This document shows positions 31,881 to 43,050 of a stretch of 64,000 bases of DNA, piece by piece. Positions within the stretch are counted from its first letter, which is position 1; each line of letters begins with the position of its first letter. Under the pieces are notes generated by a model that saw nothing but the letters and a program-made list of their open reading frames with translations, ran no database searches and had not been told where the DNA came from. The DNA is taken from contig OZ244653.1 of the NCBI GenBank assembly GCA_965218795.1, positions 2,176,001 through 2,240,000 of the forward strand, read 5' to 3'. This DNA comes from a bacterium. GTDB taxonomy: Bacteria > UBA8248 > JACPRG01 > G963555815. Both the position numbers and the translations under genes were made by a program.

Positions 31881-32208
31881 ATCGGACCGGATAGGGTCGG
31901 CAAACCTTCGGGTTGCCGGACTCTTGCACAGGGTCGGCGGCCCAGGTTGACTCGCCAACGGTATGCTCCTACCATCCACGTGAGTCGACTCAAGAACCGG
32001 ACTGAGGAGATACACCGGTGGTGGAGTTGTATGTGGGAAACGTGGACGAGTTCGAAAATGGAGGCTGCAAGATCATCGGCAGTGTGGTCAACCCATAGTG
32101 ATGACGATCTTCCGAATAGGGCGATGCGGGGCGCATGTCCGTGATTCTCGATGACGTGCGGCATCCTGCGACGGCCGTTGAACCCGCCTCCGGAAAGCGC
32201 GTTCGCAA

Positions 32209-33890
32209 TCATGGATTTTCTTTTCTTATTTTTTGCAGCAACTGTACGACGGGAAAATAACCCAGATTCACGGCCGGTTGCGCCACCTCAAAGACTTTAT
32301 CTATATCCTTATCCTTTCCTATCCCGTAATAGTACATCTGCATGAGCGTATATATGGCGGCGGGCTCGCATTGCGTCGCCGCGCCTTCATACAACGAAGC
32401 CGCCGATTGCAGATCTTTCTCCACGCCCTTCTCGCCATGGACCTTGAGATTCGCCAGTGCGCTCATGGAAGCCGGGAACCCTTTTTGTACAGAGATGGTA
32501 ATGACCTGACAGTGCCGCCCCGTTTGCCGCCCGTACGGCAGGGGGTTTGATTAAGCGGCTTCAGGATTCTCCTTCTGTTTGATTGTGCTCGGTTTGTTGG
32601 TGGCTGGCAAGCCGTCCTTGAACGCCTGCCCGGGTGTCCGGCCGTTCATGCCGCGGCCCTGGTGTGGGCGCTTGCGGTTGTAGACGGTCATGTAGTCGTC
32701 GAGCACGGTCTGCATCTCCTCGATGGTCTCGAACCAGGTCCGCCTTCCCTCGACCCGGAAGTGCTCGTCCAGGAGCGTTCGGTGCAGGCGTTCGACAATG
32801 CCGTTGGAGTGGGGCCGCTTGACCTTGGTGGTGCGGTGCTCGATCTCCTCGAGTTGCAGGAACAGCTCGTAGGGATGCCTGTCGGGCCGACCGCAGAACT
32901 CACGGCCGTTGTCTGACAGCACGACCTCGATGCGCACGCCGGCGGCCTCGAAGGTCGGCAGCACGTTGTTGTTCATCAGGTGCACGGCGGTCACCGGCAG
33001 CTTGTTCGGGTACAAGCGCGCCCAGGCATGGCGCGAATGGCAGTCGATCGCGGTCTGCAGGTAGACCTTGCCCACACCCTTGGGGGTGCCGGCGAAGAAG
33101 GTATCGACGGCCACCAGGGAGCCGGTATGGGGTGCTTCGATATGGCGTTCGCGGAACTTCCGGGGAGAACCGCTCCAGGAGCCGGACCTGTTCGTCCGAC
33201 AGCTCGATCCTGCGTTCGGCCGTAGTCTTCTCCAGTCTGAGCAGGCGCTCATGCCTGGTCAACAGCCCGTGGCGCTGCCACACCCCGCGCACCCCGCCCG
33301 AGGAGACCTGGATGCCCTGAAGCCGCAGTTCCTGCTCGACCCGCAGCGCACCGTGGCAGGGGTGCTGTAGCGCATGCTCCAGGATGGCCGCCTCGATCTG
33401 TGCCGCCACCCGGTTCGGGTGCGGTCCGCGCGGACCGGGCAGTCGGTCGATCAGCCCCTCGGCGCCGTAGGTCTGGAAGTTACGACGGATCTCGTAAAAC
33501 TGCTGGCGCGAGTACCCCATTACCTTGCAGGCGCGGCTCACGTTGTCCAGCTCCTTGGCGAGCTCCAGCAGCGACAGCTTGCGTCGTGCTACCTTGTTCT
33601 TCGTGGTCATGTCTTGTCTCCTGGTCAGGGTGGGGATGAAGGGTGATAACTCCATCCTACACACCCCCCAGGGGCGGCATGACCACGCTTCTCAACCTGG
33701 CCAACTGTCAGGTGAATACCGTCTCAGAACACCCTTTTCGCGCGGACGTCTTAAGCCAATCCAGAGACTCCGCCCGATCCCGAGCGGTTTCGTTCACATA
33801 ACTGTCCCCTCGCCCCAACTGGTACTGGGCTACGGCGTTTCCCCTTCCGGCCTCTCTTTTGACCTTCTTTTTCCCTTCCCTGAGATATTG
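32209..33890 (-). pseudogene. Sel1-repeat protein gene interrupted by IS481
   Basis: Removing the IS and one TSD gives an in-frame join: GNAVAQYQLG...WLKTSARKG|FPASMSALANL...GVEKD...MYYYGIG. Confidence 0.7.
32486..33731 (-). mobile_element. IS481-family element; transposase 33610-32551 with a +1 frameshift near 33158
   Basis: 28-bp imperfect IRs tgtacagagatggtaatgacctgacagt / tgttctgagacggtattcacctgacagt. CCCTTTT duplicated at 32479-32485 and 33732-33738. DDE motifs VDT, SDNG, NGIVER. Confidence 0.92.
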
Positions 33891-34244
33891 GCCGGGCTGA
33901 AAAAGCCGGCCCGTGAGGCCGGGGCTTCCTCGTTGTTGTTGCCACCGTCGGGCGGCGGTTAAGATGAAGCTCAGCAAGTCCTATGGCTTGAGGGTCGCTC
34001 GGTCGACAATCTTGGTTTCCACGGGGGACGGGGGTGCGACAGTGGCCATGCGGCTGGGCTTGCCCAAACGGCCGCTCGAACCCGAGGACATCGCGTGGCC
34101 CGCTCAAACCGTTCCTCGACCGGAGAGGTCGCGACGGCGCGGGAAGAAGATGCTCGCCAGCATGAGCGTATCTTCGACTACGCCAAAAGGGTTGCCAAAG
34201 CGCGGGCATCGGGCAGCATCGATTCAAACTATCCGTACGAGGCC

Positions 34245-35774
34245 ATGCAGAGTTTCTGGAACGCTGGCGAACGCAAGATGATCAGAGGACTCGACATTCT
34301 GGGTCTTCGCCGGCTGGACCAGAGTATCGAGCGGCAATGGGTGGCGGGCATCACTACGATCTCGTTCCGTGCCAGGTACCTGTCGCTGCTCCCGTGGGCG
34401 ATCGCCGAGTTCTACGACGAGGAACTGCGGCGCGGCGGCGGATCGGCACAGTTCGATGAAGACCGTTTCTACCGGATGCTCCGTCGGCTGGAGTTCGTGG
34501 TCCTCGCCGCTACCCGCGTTCGAGCGAGCGAGGACCGGAGCGGCGCGACATACGGCGTACTGGGATCGGACCTGTTCGGGGACGCTCTCATCGAACTGGA
34601 TGCGAAGGGGGCCGTAGACTTGCCCGATGACCGGGGCGGCGCCTCGTATGGAACCTACGTGATGCCGTGCCGTTCGTTCGGGATCGTAGAGACTGGGGAT
34701 AGGAGACAGCCGGTTCAGATTCCAGAGCGGGGGCAGGCGCTGCACCGCGCGCGCCGCGATGCTCTGCAGGGTTCGGCGCTGGCGGGCGCAATTCTCCACG
34801 GTGGGACGATAACCGCGTCGGAGCTTGGATCGGAAGCGCAGTTTTTCTCGGTGAACGCCCTCGATGAACTGGAGAACGAACGTGAACTCCTGCAGGACGC
34901 TTTCCTCCGCGAATATGTGAACAGCACCGAAGTGAGCACGATGTACCGACGGTTCCTGGCGACGAGCAACTGGGCTTTCGAGCGGCTCGACACGGGCGCG
35001 ATGTCCTCCGCTCAGCTCATCGCCTCTGCCTACAAGGAGGCAGTGGATGGATGCTCGGGAGGCGAGGTCGGGATGGCGTGGGCCGAATACGAGCTTCGAC
35101 GGCGAGTTCACTTCGCGATGGAGCTTCTGCTGGGTGCGTTGACCGAAACGTTGATGGATCTGACCGAGGGCACTGTGGATGACGTACTGGACGCTTGGTC
35201 GAGCGGCGAACCTGTTCCGGCAGTGCTTTCTGAGGTCCTCGGCATCGGACAACCCGTGTTGGAAGCGACGCTTGAGGAGATGGAGGAGAGATTGGCGACG
35301 GACGCGTGGCTCGAGCGGTCAGTGCCCATCACTGACGCGCGAGGCCTACCGGCATGGTGCAAAGCACTCCTCGGAGTCGGCGTTCTGGTCGCATCGCGAC
35401 GTCAGACGGAAGCTACTCGGGCAGCCGGCCATATTCCACATCGCAAGAACTACCTTGAGCGCGCATTCGCCGTGCTCGACGCCGAGCGCGGAAGTTCGTT
35501 GGGGACGGCGCTGCGAAGGCTGCTCATCGAGGTGGTGATAGAGGCGCATCTGTCAACGACGCTTCGGAAGATAAGCCAGGGGCAGCAGTGCTCGCTGCGT
35601 CTTTTTCCGGACGGTCCGCTCCTTAGGCCCACTGGGATCCCGGTGCTTGCCGGGCGCAGCGGGGAGCGGCTGGGAAACGTGCTGGGCATGTGGGCCGATC
35701 TCGGAGTTCTTGACCGGCAAGATGGTGGATTCAGTTTGACGGAGCGGGGGCGCCGGATGGCGGCGGAGTTGTAG
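34245..35774 (+). CDS. Uncharacterised DUF6361-like protein (candidate defence gene A)
   Basis: D.LGL.......AGITT...RARY.S...W and YGTY..P...G motifs. 5 bp from the next gene. Confidence 0.65.
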   Translation: MQSFWNAGERKMIRGLDILGLRRLDQSIERQWVAGITTISFRARYLSLLPWAIAEFYDEELRRGGGSAQFDEDRFYRMLRRLEFVVLAATRVRASEDRSGATYGVLGSDLFGDALIELDAKGAVDLPDDRGGASYGTYVMPCRSFGIVETGDRRQPVQIPERGQALHRARRDALQGSALAGAILHGGTITASELGSEAQFFSVNALDELENERELLQDAFLREYVNSTEVSTMYRRFLATSNWAFERLDTGAMSSAQLIASAYKEAVDGCSGGEVGMAWAEYELRRRVHFAMELLLGALTETLMDLTEGTVDDVLDAWSSGEPVPAVLSEVLGIGQPVLEATLEEMEERLATDAWLERSVPITDARGLPAWCKALLGVGVLVASRRQTEATRAAGHIPHRKNYLERAFAVLDAERGSSLGTALRRLLIEVVIEAHLSTTLRKISQGQQCSLRLFPDGPLLRPTGIPVLAGRSGERLGNVLGMWADLGVLDRQDGGFSLTERGRRMAAEL

Positions 35775-35779
35775 TCAGG

Positions 35780-38458
35780 ATGCGGGCCGATGTGCTGGAG
35801 GTGATTTCCTCGGCGAAGGACGTCACCAACGCTGTCATTCTCACGCACAACATCGACTTCGTGTTCGTGCAAACGGTGGTGCTCTCTGCATTTCGGCGCT
35901 GTGGCCATCCGACCATCACTGTCTTTGCGGACAGCGGGTGTGCCGCGGAAAGCTTCGCTCACCAGAAGGGTGTGCTGACGAGTCTGGGGGTGCGGTACCG
36001 AGTGGTGCCGGTCGAGATGGATCCGGGTTTCCGGTTCCACCCGAAAGCGGTTTTATTGTCCGGAGAGCAGGCGGCGACGCTGCTCGTGGGGAGCGGAAAC
36101 CTGACCTTCGGCGGCTGGCGCGAGAATGGGGAGGTCTGGACGCGCTTCGAGAGCGGGAGCGACGGTGCGGCACCGTTCCTCGCGTTCAGACGCTATCTGA
36201 CGGATGTGATTGAGCGCGTCGCCCTGCCCGAGTCCGTCGAGGCCGAGATCGAGGAGGCGTTCGACCGGAGGAGCAAGTCGTGGTTGTCGATGGAAGGCAC
36301 GGACGCCAATACGCTTGTCGGACGGGTGGGATCCGGGTCCGCTCTTCTGGACCGAATGCTCGACGCAAGCGGCGGTGATCCCGTCGACGAGTTCCTCGTC
36401 TGCGCCCCCTATTTCGATGACGAGGGCATTGCCCTGCGGGAACTCGTGGCCAGAGTCGGCGCAAACCGTACGACGGTGCTTTGTCAGGCGGGACGATCCA
36501 CGCTTCAGGAGCGAGCCTGGAGACCCACTGCGGCGAGAGCGCGCCTTCGGAGCATCGACTTCAGCCGCCCAGTCACCGGTGGAGAAGAGAGGTCGGCATT
36601 CGTGCACGCCAAGTTCTACGGACTTCGCCGCGAAAACGAGGTCGTTGTCTTGGCGGGCAGTGCGAACTGCTCAAGGGCCGCGCTGACAGTGGAGGGGAGA
36701 GCCGGGAATGCTGAGCTGATGGCGGTACAAGTGATGACGCCGCAGGCATTCGAGGAGGAGTTGCTCGGCGAACTCAAGCTGTCGTCTGCCCCGATCGTGC
36801 TTGCAGACAGACCATCGAACGATGTCGACGAGGGGTCGGGAGGCATTGCCGTGCGCGTTCTCGCGGCGAGGTTCGAAGCGGGTTGCCTGCTGGTCGGCTA
36901 TTCGCCGCCGGCTGCGGCCATCACCGAGTGTCTGGTTGACGGCACCGCGGCGGATTTCGTGTCGGTGGAGAAGGGAGTCGTGAGCGTTTCCTGCGCTACC
37001 GAACCGAAGGTGGTGATGGTCCGCGCTCGGGTGGCAGGCGAACTGGTCGCGTCGGATCCGGCTTGGGTCGATCTCGAGCGGCAGTTGCGGGCGACGGCCC
37101 ACGGGAGGAGCCTGGCCGATAGCTTCCGGGCGCGCGTTCAGCCAGGACTGTGGAGCGCTGGCGGATGGGCGGAGGTGCTGGACGTGTTCTGCAAGCATTT
37201 GAGTTACATGCCCACAGTGCGACCAAGCGTTTCAGAGCGACGTCCAGGGGGTGGGGCTACATCTGTTAAGCAGCCGGAATTTACCGCAGCTGACGTTTTC
37301 GCTACCGGTTATCGGGCTCCAAAGCTCGGTCCGCTCTGGTTCCCCGCCGGTGGTAGCGAAGACGGACATGTGCAATCGCTCCAGCAACTCCTTTTGCGGT
37401 GGTTCGGTGCAGAGCAGCAAGAGCCAAACGACGAGGCAGGCATCGACGACGACAACGATCCTGATGACGATGAAGTCGTTGATCGTCCAGAGAGCTTGTC
37501 AGCGACGACGACGGTTGCGGTCCCCTCCGAGCGAGACAGGCGCCGCATCGCGCGGCTTTTCGATCAGATCCAGGCGGCGATGACGAGTTCGGAGTTCCTG
37601 TCCGAGCGCGGGCCGGAATACCTCGCCACTGACCTGAAATTGGCCTCGGCACTGTTGTGTCTCGGACTTCGGAAGGGCTGGGTTGAACGCGAGCGTTTCT
37701 TCGACCTGACACAGGGAATCTGGTCATCTTTGTTCTTCTCGTCGGCACCTCAGAAAGAAGTGGGCTGGTTGGAGTTCCGTGCCGGCACGTCGGCGGACAG
37801 AGAGACCTTCATCAACAACATGCGATCAGAGGAACTCTCAGCCGCCCTCATCGGATGGTATCTGGCCGTACCGACCAACTGCGAGGAGTCTCCAACCGCG
37901 GCGAGGTTCGAGCTTGCGGCCGTGCTGGCGGTCGCGCGTCTCCCGTGGCTGTGGCAGGGTGGAAATCAGGACGAGATCGCCAAGGAGCTTGCCGTGCTGC
38001 TTGCGCATACGGCTGATCTCGGGCTGACCCAGAAAGAGATCAAAAGCCGAACAGAGGCTGAGTGGGAGCTGCTGATGCAGCGAGGGCAGGCGTTGCGCTG
38101 CCTTGAGGCGGCGGTCAGCGGGATGACGCCTGCCGTGATCCGGGAGCGGATTGGCATCGAAGAGCTTCGACCGGGCGACCTGTTATGGCAGGGGAAGGCG
38201 GGTTTCTGCGTCGTACGCCGTGGATGTTCCCGGACTACTGACGAAATTGCAACGGTCTTGAAGCTACAGGGTGACGGCTTGGAGACCGGGTTCAAGGCCT
38301 CGTACACCGTGCCAATGCGGGCTCTGCTTGAGGAGGTGGTGGTTCCTCGGACGCGTGACTTCGGCGACCGGCCGCGCCTAGTCCTGCGCGAGTTCATTCG
38401 CGAACTGTCGACGGCATCCGTGGGTGGTCGTGAGGGAGCCGAACCGGGACGGGTCTGA
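35780..38458 (+). CDS. Tandem phospholipase D-superfamily (nuclease-type) protein with a large C-terminal region (candidate defence gene B)
   Basis: FHPK...GSGNLT and VHAK...GSANCS, CAPYFD, acidic tract DDDNDPDDDE. Confidence 0.8.
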   Translation: MRADVLEVISSAKDVTNAVILTHNIDFVFVQTVVLSAFRRCGHPTITVFADSGCAAESFAHQKGVLTSLGVRYRVVPVEMDPGFRFHPKAVLLSGEQAATLLVGSGNLTFGGWRENGEVWTRFESGSDGAAPFLAFRRYLTDVIERVALPESVEAEIEEAFDRRSKSWLSMEGTDANTLVGRVGSGSALLDRMLDASGGDPVDEFLVCAPYFDDEGIALRELVARVGANRTTVLCQAGRSTLQERAWRPTAARARLRSIDFSRPVTGGEERSAFVHAKFYGLRRENEVVVLAGSANCSRAALTVEGRAGNAELMAVQVMTPQAFEEELLGELKLSSAPIVLADRPSNDVDEGSGGIAVRVLAARFEAGCLLVGYSPPAAAITECLVDGTAADFVSVEKGVVSVSCATEPKVVMVRARVAGELVASDPAWVDLERQLRATAHGRSLADSFRARVQPGLWSAGGWAEVLDVFCKHLSYMPTVRPSVSERRPGGGATSVKQPEFTAADVFATGYRAPKLGPLWFPAGGSEDGHVQSLQQLLLRWFGAEQQEPNDEAGIDDDNDPDDDEVVDRPESLSATTTVAVPSERDRRRIARLFDQIQAAMTSSEFLSERGPEYLATDLKLASALLCLGLRKGWVERERFFDLTQGIWSSLFFSSAPQKEVGWLEFRAGTSADRETFINNMRSEELSAALIGWYLAVPTNCEESPTAARFELAAVLAVARLPWLWQGGNQDEIAKELAVLLAHTADLGLTQKEIKSRTEAEWELLMQRGQALRCLEAAVSGMTPAVIRERIGIEELRPGDLLWQGKAGFCVVRRGCSRTTDEIATVLKLQGDGLETGFKASYTVPMRALLEEVVVPRTRDFGDRPRLVLREFIRELSTASVGGREGAEPGRV

Positions 38459-38619
38459 TTGCAGTGACAGCGAGGGATAATTCCGGTCGTACGTTATCTT
38501 TGGACAAGGCTCCAGAAGGAGAATTGCCGGTAGCACGCGCCGGTCCTGTCAGCTTGGATGTTGGCGCAACGGCGTCTGGCGGTGGGATTTTGGAGGCTGG
38601 CTTGGTGATTCGGGCGAGC

Positions 38620-38813
38620 GATGTGGTGCGATGGGGGAAACCTGCCAGCTTGGACAAAGCGTGGAAAGCGATCCGCGAAGCGGCGGGGCTGGGCAAGCTC
38701 CGCATTCACGACCTGCGACATGCATACGCGGCGGTCGCGGTCAACGGCGGCGAGGTCTGCGCGTCGTCGCCTGGCTGCTCGACCATGTCGACATCTCGAC
38801 GACCTTCGGCTAA
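38620..38813 (+). pseudogene. Tyrosine recombinase/integrase C-terminal fragment
   Basis: WKAIREAAGL..LRIHDLRH / LRVVAWLLDH.DISTT. Confidence 0.75.
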
Positions 38814-39432
38814 GGGCGCGACGGGCCGGCGCGGACGACAATTCCGGCGTGCGCGGGTTCCCGCGTGCAGGGGGCGCCGCCGACAGCGCCGCGACGGGAT
38901 GCGCCTGAATTGGAACGAATCTGCTTTCGGATTGATTACTGGTATTTCATAGGTTTTCTGCAGAACAAAAAAACACTAATAAATACGGATGGTTATCGAG
39001 AAGACGACGTAGGAATCGATCTATATAGCTTTCCGGCACGGTTCGTCCTATTGGGCTTGAGGCCCTGTTGCTGAGTAACCATCATGGATAGCCTCCAGTG
39101 TAGGCCCGACCGCCCCATCACGAGCCAGCCGCAGAAGGACAATATACGGCCTTATCCAGGGGATTCCACGTGGCCCTGGCGCCGTGGCGAGAAGCCGGAA
39201 CATGCAAATTGCGGGCCTGAAGGTTTGGCATGCGCCACGAATGCTCGCCCCACCTACGGGCCATTCTGCGGATTGGAAAATTTGACCGGGTACCCGTGCT
39301 TCCTCGGCGACTTGCTGTCCAGATCGGAACGCGTCAACCGACGCGGCGCCGGACACCTCCGCTGCATCATGGTCACCCGCGATTGACTTCCATTTACAGG
39401 CAATCGCCAGTTGCGGGACTGAAACTCCCAGC

Positions 39433-40494
39433 CTAGACGGCACCATAGGCTTTCAAAATTCTAAAAGTCGCCTGACCATCGATTACACAGTATTTTCTCG
39501 GCCGGCCTGGCGTGACTGTCATGGAACGCAGCGTCTCACGCACCGCCGGCCCAATAAGGTGCGCATGCTGAACGACCGAAATGTCCGCCCCGGAGTTCAC
39601 CAGTCGATAAATTTGGTCCGCGTTCTTGCCGCACATTGCGATAGTCATTTCCGAAAATCTGCCGGGTCCCTTGAAGAGAAAGGCGGCGGTCCTCCGCCGC
39701 CCACCAACCGTCACATTGCTCGAAAAATGATCGTCCTGCTCCCCACCCCAGTCCATTTTTGCTGGCTCATTCAAGAGCGATGCGAACACTTCCTTTATTC
39801 TCTGTTCCGATATCGCTTTCATTACGTTCATCCATGCATCAGAACTATCCACCTTAACTTGCGCCATTTTGGAGAATTGCTCGATGTCTTCAGGAAGGAT
39901 CTGGCCATAATCTCTTCCATGCCACATCAACCGTTGCAGCATTTTCGAATCACCGTTCCGCGGGTGATCAAGCCACGGATCACCGATTACGATCGGTTGT
40001 ATCTCCCATTTGTCATCCCGGTCACGAAGTATTCCGACAATGGAATGAATATATCCTTCATCGAATCCCTGCGCGAGAGTCATTGTTCCCGTCGAGCTCA
40101 TCAAATGCTCCGTGTGATATGAGATCACAACTGGTTTTGCAGTAGGAACGTCAAGATATACCTCGTGTGATACGCGTTTATCGTCATACTCTTGCGGGCA
40201 GGGCGCCAATCTCTCGGTGCTCCTAAACAGCTGGCCGTTGTTGCCATTTCTTAAGGCTTCCAGGAGAGTCGGCAAGCAGTTGTTTTCGCATACGTCTAAC
40301 AAAATCGTCACTAACATGTGATAATTCGCGTGGTCTGCCAAATGACCCGTTCCTGGAACCTTGTTTTTGCTAAAATTCTCTCGAGCTTCAGCTGGTATTA
40401 CGGTCAAGCATAAACGAATGTTCAAGAACCCCATATCGATATGGTGAAAGTAGTCGCCAGTCCGTATGTCGGCTGGCACTTGTTGAATTCCCAT
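39433..40494 (-). CDS. Hypothetical protein with a C-terminal PD-(D/E)XK-like nuclease domain
   Basis: DWGGEQDDHFS....AAFLFKGPG....GKNADQI. Lower GC than the flanks. Confidence 0.6.
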   Translation of the reverse strand: MGIQQVPADIRTGDYFHHIDMGFLNIRLCLTVIPAEARENFSKNKVPGTGHLADHANYHMLVTILLDVCENNCLPTLLEALRNGNNGQLFRSTERLAPCPQEYDDKRVSHEVYLDVPTAKPVVISYHTEHLMSSTGTMTLAQGFDEGYIHSIVGILRDRDDKWEIQPIVIGDPWLDHPRNGDSKMLQRLMWHGRDYGQILPEDIEQFSKMAQVKVDSSDAWMNVMKAISEQRIKEVFASLLNEPAKMDWGGEQDDHFSSNVTVGGRRRTAAFLFKGPGRFSEMTIAMCGKNADQIYRLVNSGADISVVQHAHLIGPAVRETLRSMTVTPGRPRKYCVIDGQATFRILKAYGAV

Positions 40495-40671
40495 GCACTA
40501 TTCCTCTTCTACACTGCGCCTCGGAAGGAGGCTAGTTGCCGACCCTGCGACGGTCCTCAGCCCACAAAGATATCACCTGCCTGTAGGTCAAAATGGCTCG
40601 ACTTGCTGCAATTGACCTATCATCCACGAACCGGCCAGGTTTTGAACCCAACAAAACAGGTGTCTGCTGTG

Positions 40672-40700
40672 TGGAGTTACTCCGTTTTGGCGGACAGTTT
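40672..40700 (+). mobile_element. Isolated IS3-type terminal inverted repeat
   Basis: tggagttactccgttttggcggacagttt; a similar sequence occurs at 50972. Confidence 0.5.
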
Positions 40701-41119
40701 ATGAGTATGGCTATCGTCCCCCGCATACAGGTGGACGTAACGTCTTCCCCCAAGGCCGGACGATAGGTGCCTCGGAGGGTATGTCTTTCCCTCCGGCTCG
40801 CCGACCCGGAAGGCATCGAGACCGGTTCGGTCGTGCTGACCATCGTATCCGCCGGGACGCGTCGCGGCCGCCGCGGCGCCCGAAGTCGTTCGGGCTGAGG
40901 GCACCCGGGACGGAATCCCACGGCGTGAAGGGTGGCCTCCACCCGGATGTTGGTGAGACTTCGAGACAAGCTCCTCGCGGAAGGCGAACACGTCCATCGA
41001 GCAACCTTCCTTTCGCTCAAGCCGGTCACGCAGCCGGAGCACACGCAAGGCGCGTTGAGGGTGGATTGTCTTCAAGGGTGGATTAGTCAACGTCACACAC
41101 CTGCAACAAGTACCAAGCC

Positions 41120-42163
41120 CTAGGCCCGGTTAATCGCTGCTTCGGCACGCTGAAGCTGTTCCATGACCCATCCGAAATCAGGGACGTCGCCAAGGATCAT
41201 GCCCTGCATGGCTCTGTAGTCCCGTTCAATCACCGTACGCAGCGCCGCCTGCGGAACCAGTCTCACCGATCCGGGAACGGCCTCTTCGAACCGCTTCCAG
41301 GCCTGCCGGAAGGCGACGAGGTTGTGGTTCCGGACCGTGTCCAGCAGGTCGATGTTCGACAAGGCGAACCTGCCGAGTTCGGTCGACGTGATCATCGCGG
41401 CGTCGTAGTAGTGGCGCGAGATCCGGTCCCTGTCAGCCGGCAGACGTTTTGTGTCTTGGTATCCATAGTGCGCCCCATGCAGGATCAGCAGCTTCTCCCA
41501 ATAGGTGCGCTCCGGCGCCATCACCCTGACGTTGCCCACGTTAAAGGACCAGTCGGGTAATTCCTCCGCGACATACGGGGCGATCGTGCAGCTCAAATTG
41601 GGGTCCAGCGCCGACCTCGCTCCCGCCTCGATCCTCACGCGCGGGACCACGTAGGCCATGTCGTCCCTCGAATACAGCGTGGGGTACTCGATGAAGAGTG
41701 TCTGTCCGTCGACATCATCCCTATCCGGGCCGACGCGGCACCCCTCCGTGATCTCCCCGAACAGTGTCGCCAAGGCGGTGGCTAGATCTCCGAGAATGTA
41801 GCCGCTGCACGCCGCGCCGAGTTCCTTGAACAGGGCGGCCCGCCTCTTGTTCGACAGATTGCCCGCAACGGCCGGATCGCGATCGCCTGCGAAACCAAGG
41901 TCGTCACGATAGACGACGAGATCGATATCTTCCGAGAACCGTCGAATGAGACCGAAGGCTTTGGAAAGTGACGTCCCACCCTTGAAGAGCAATTTCGGAT
42001 GCCCGCCGGGCAGCCGGTTGTAGAGCGCATCGAGGACAAGACAGACCCAGAAGTCCTTCTCTACGTAGCTGGGCAACGTATCGAGGCGGCTCGCGGCCGC
42101 CTCGAACACATCCCGCTTTCCACGCTCCGGAAGAGAGAGAAAAGACTCGAAGGCCTCATTCAT
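41120..42163 (-). CDS. abiEii: Type IV TA toxin, AbiEii-family nucleotidyltransferase
   Basis: VEKDFW, FKGGTSLSK....RFSEDID, RTYWEK, RHYYD. Confidence 0.9.
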   Translation of the reverse strand: MNEAFESFLSLPERGKRDVFEAAASRLDTLPSYVEKDFWVCLVLDALYNRLPGGHPKLLFKGGTSLSKAFGLIRRFSEDIDLVVYRDDLGFAGDRDPAVAGNLSNKRRAALFKELGAACSGYILGDLATALATLFGEITEGCRVGPDRDDVDGQTLFIEYPTLYSRDDMAYVVPRVRIEAGARSALDPNLSCTIAPYVAEELPDWSFNVGNVRVMAPERTYWEKLLILHGAHYGYQDTKRLPADRDRISRHYYDAAMITSTELGRFALSNIDLLDTVRNHNLVAFRQAWKRFEEAVPGSVRLVPQAALRTVIERDYRAMQGMILGDVPDFGWVMEQLQRAEAAINRA

Positions 42164-42783
42164 ACGGCAACGGCCTGGTCGGTCGTGATGCTGCGCGCAA
42201 GCGGCATCGCCCAGCCGGGCAAGTCCCGGCTGTTCTCGAACAGGTCACGCTTCACGTGGTCGGGCAGAAGGCGTCTCAAGGTCGAAACGACGCGCGCGTC
42301 CGCGGCGGCGTCGGGCCCAAGCCACCGCAGCGCCTGAACCACCGGAGCCGCGGGTTTTCCCGCCCACTGCATGACCCTCGGACCCGCGTGTCGGAACCGG
42401 ACCGTCCGTCCGTCGATCTTCAGGGTCCTTGAGTGGCCATCCGTTACGTAGCTCGCCTTGGCGGGAACCGCGTTGGTGAGACCCAGTTGGTTCGCGGCCG
42501 TCAGGCCGTCCGGCATGATCCGGACACCGTCCCGCCTTGCCAGCGCCGCGACGGCTACATCCAGGTCGACCGGCGCGGGTCGCTTCAGCACCTCGCTGAT
42601 CCTCGGCATGTCGTACAGGCCGTGGCCGACCCGGCGCAGCCGGCCGGCCTTGACGAGGCGGTGGAGCGCCTGATCAACGGCCACACGGCTGCCGAGGTCC
42701 AGGAAGTCCTTGGGCGTGGACACCCACTTCCCTCTGCCGCGCGTGGACACTCTTTTCATGATCTTGTCGGCGATAGGCACCAT
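42160..42783 (-). CDS. Type IV TA antitoxin (AbiEi/DUF6088)
   Basis: wHTH DFLDLGSR.AVDQAL.RL...G.LRRVG.GLY, G..AANQLGL...VP. Overlaps the toxin gene by 4 bp. Confidence 0.88.
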   Translation of the reverse strand: MVPIADKIMKRVSTRGRGKWVSTPKDFLDLGSRVAVDQALHRLVKAGRLRRVGHGLYDMPRISEVLKRPAPVDLDVAVAALARRDGVRIMPDGLTAANQLGLTNAVPAKASYVTDGHSRTLKIDGRTVRFRHAGPRVMQWAGKPAAPVVQALRWLGPDAAADARVVSTLRRLLPDHVKRDLFENSRDLPGWAMPLARSITTDQAVAV

Positions 42784-42821
42784 TGGATCACACCCTCTTC
42801 TAAAGTCCCCTCTTGACCTTG

Positions 42822-42848
42822 GTAAGAGATAAACTAGATTTATCTTAC
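42822..42848. promoter_or_regulatory. Inverted repeat upstream of the AbiE operon (putative autoregulatory operator)
   Basis: gtaagagataaa-ctaga-tttatcttac, ~40 bp upstream of the antitoxin ATG. Confidence 0.5.
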
Positions 42849-42900
42849 TTTGTCAATGACGTTCTTCAATCATCGGCGTGGGAGACAGAGGCGTCCAGTA

Positions 42901-43050
42901 ATGTGTGGTCGCTTCACTCAGGAGTTGACCTGGCGTCAGATCCACGACCTAACTACGGCTTGACGGGACCGTCGCGACCGCTGTATCCGCAGCCTCGCTG
43001 CAACGGTGCGCCAACTCAACGAGACCGATCGCCCTACGGCGTCGCCTTCC
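42901..43050 (+). pseudogene. SOS-response-associated peptidase (SRAP/YedK) 5' fragment
   Basis: MCGRFTQELTWRQIHDL / ...PRCNGAPTQ. Confidence 0.7.

Noticed and set aside
32010-32205. Rieske ferredoxin / amidohydrolase start fragments
   Set aside because: Too short (<30 aa each) to support a call.
33960-34244. Upstream helicase partner for the PLD locus (DEAQ string)
   Set aside because: Isolated four residues right after a stop; no other helicase motifs.
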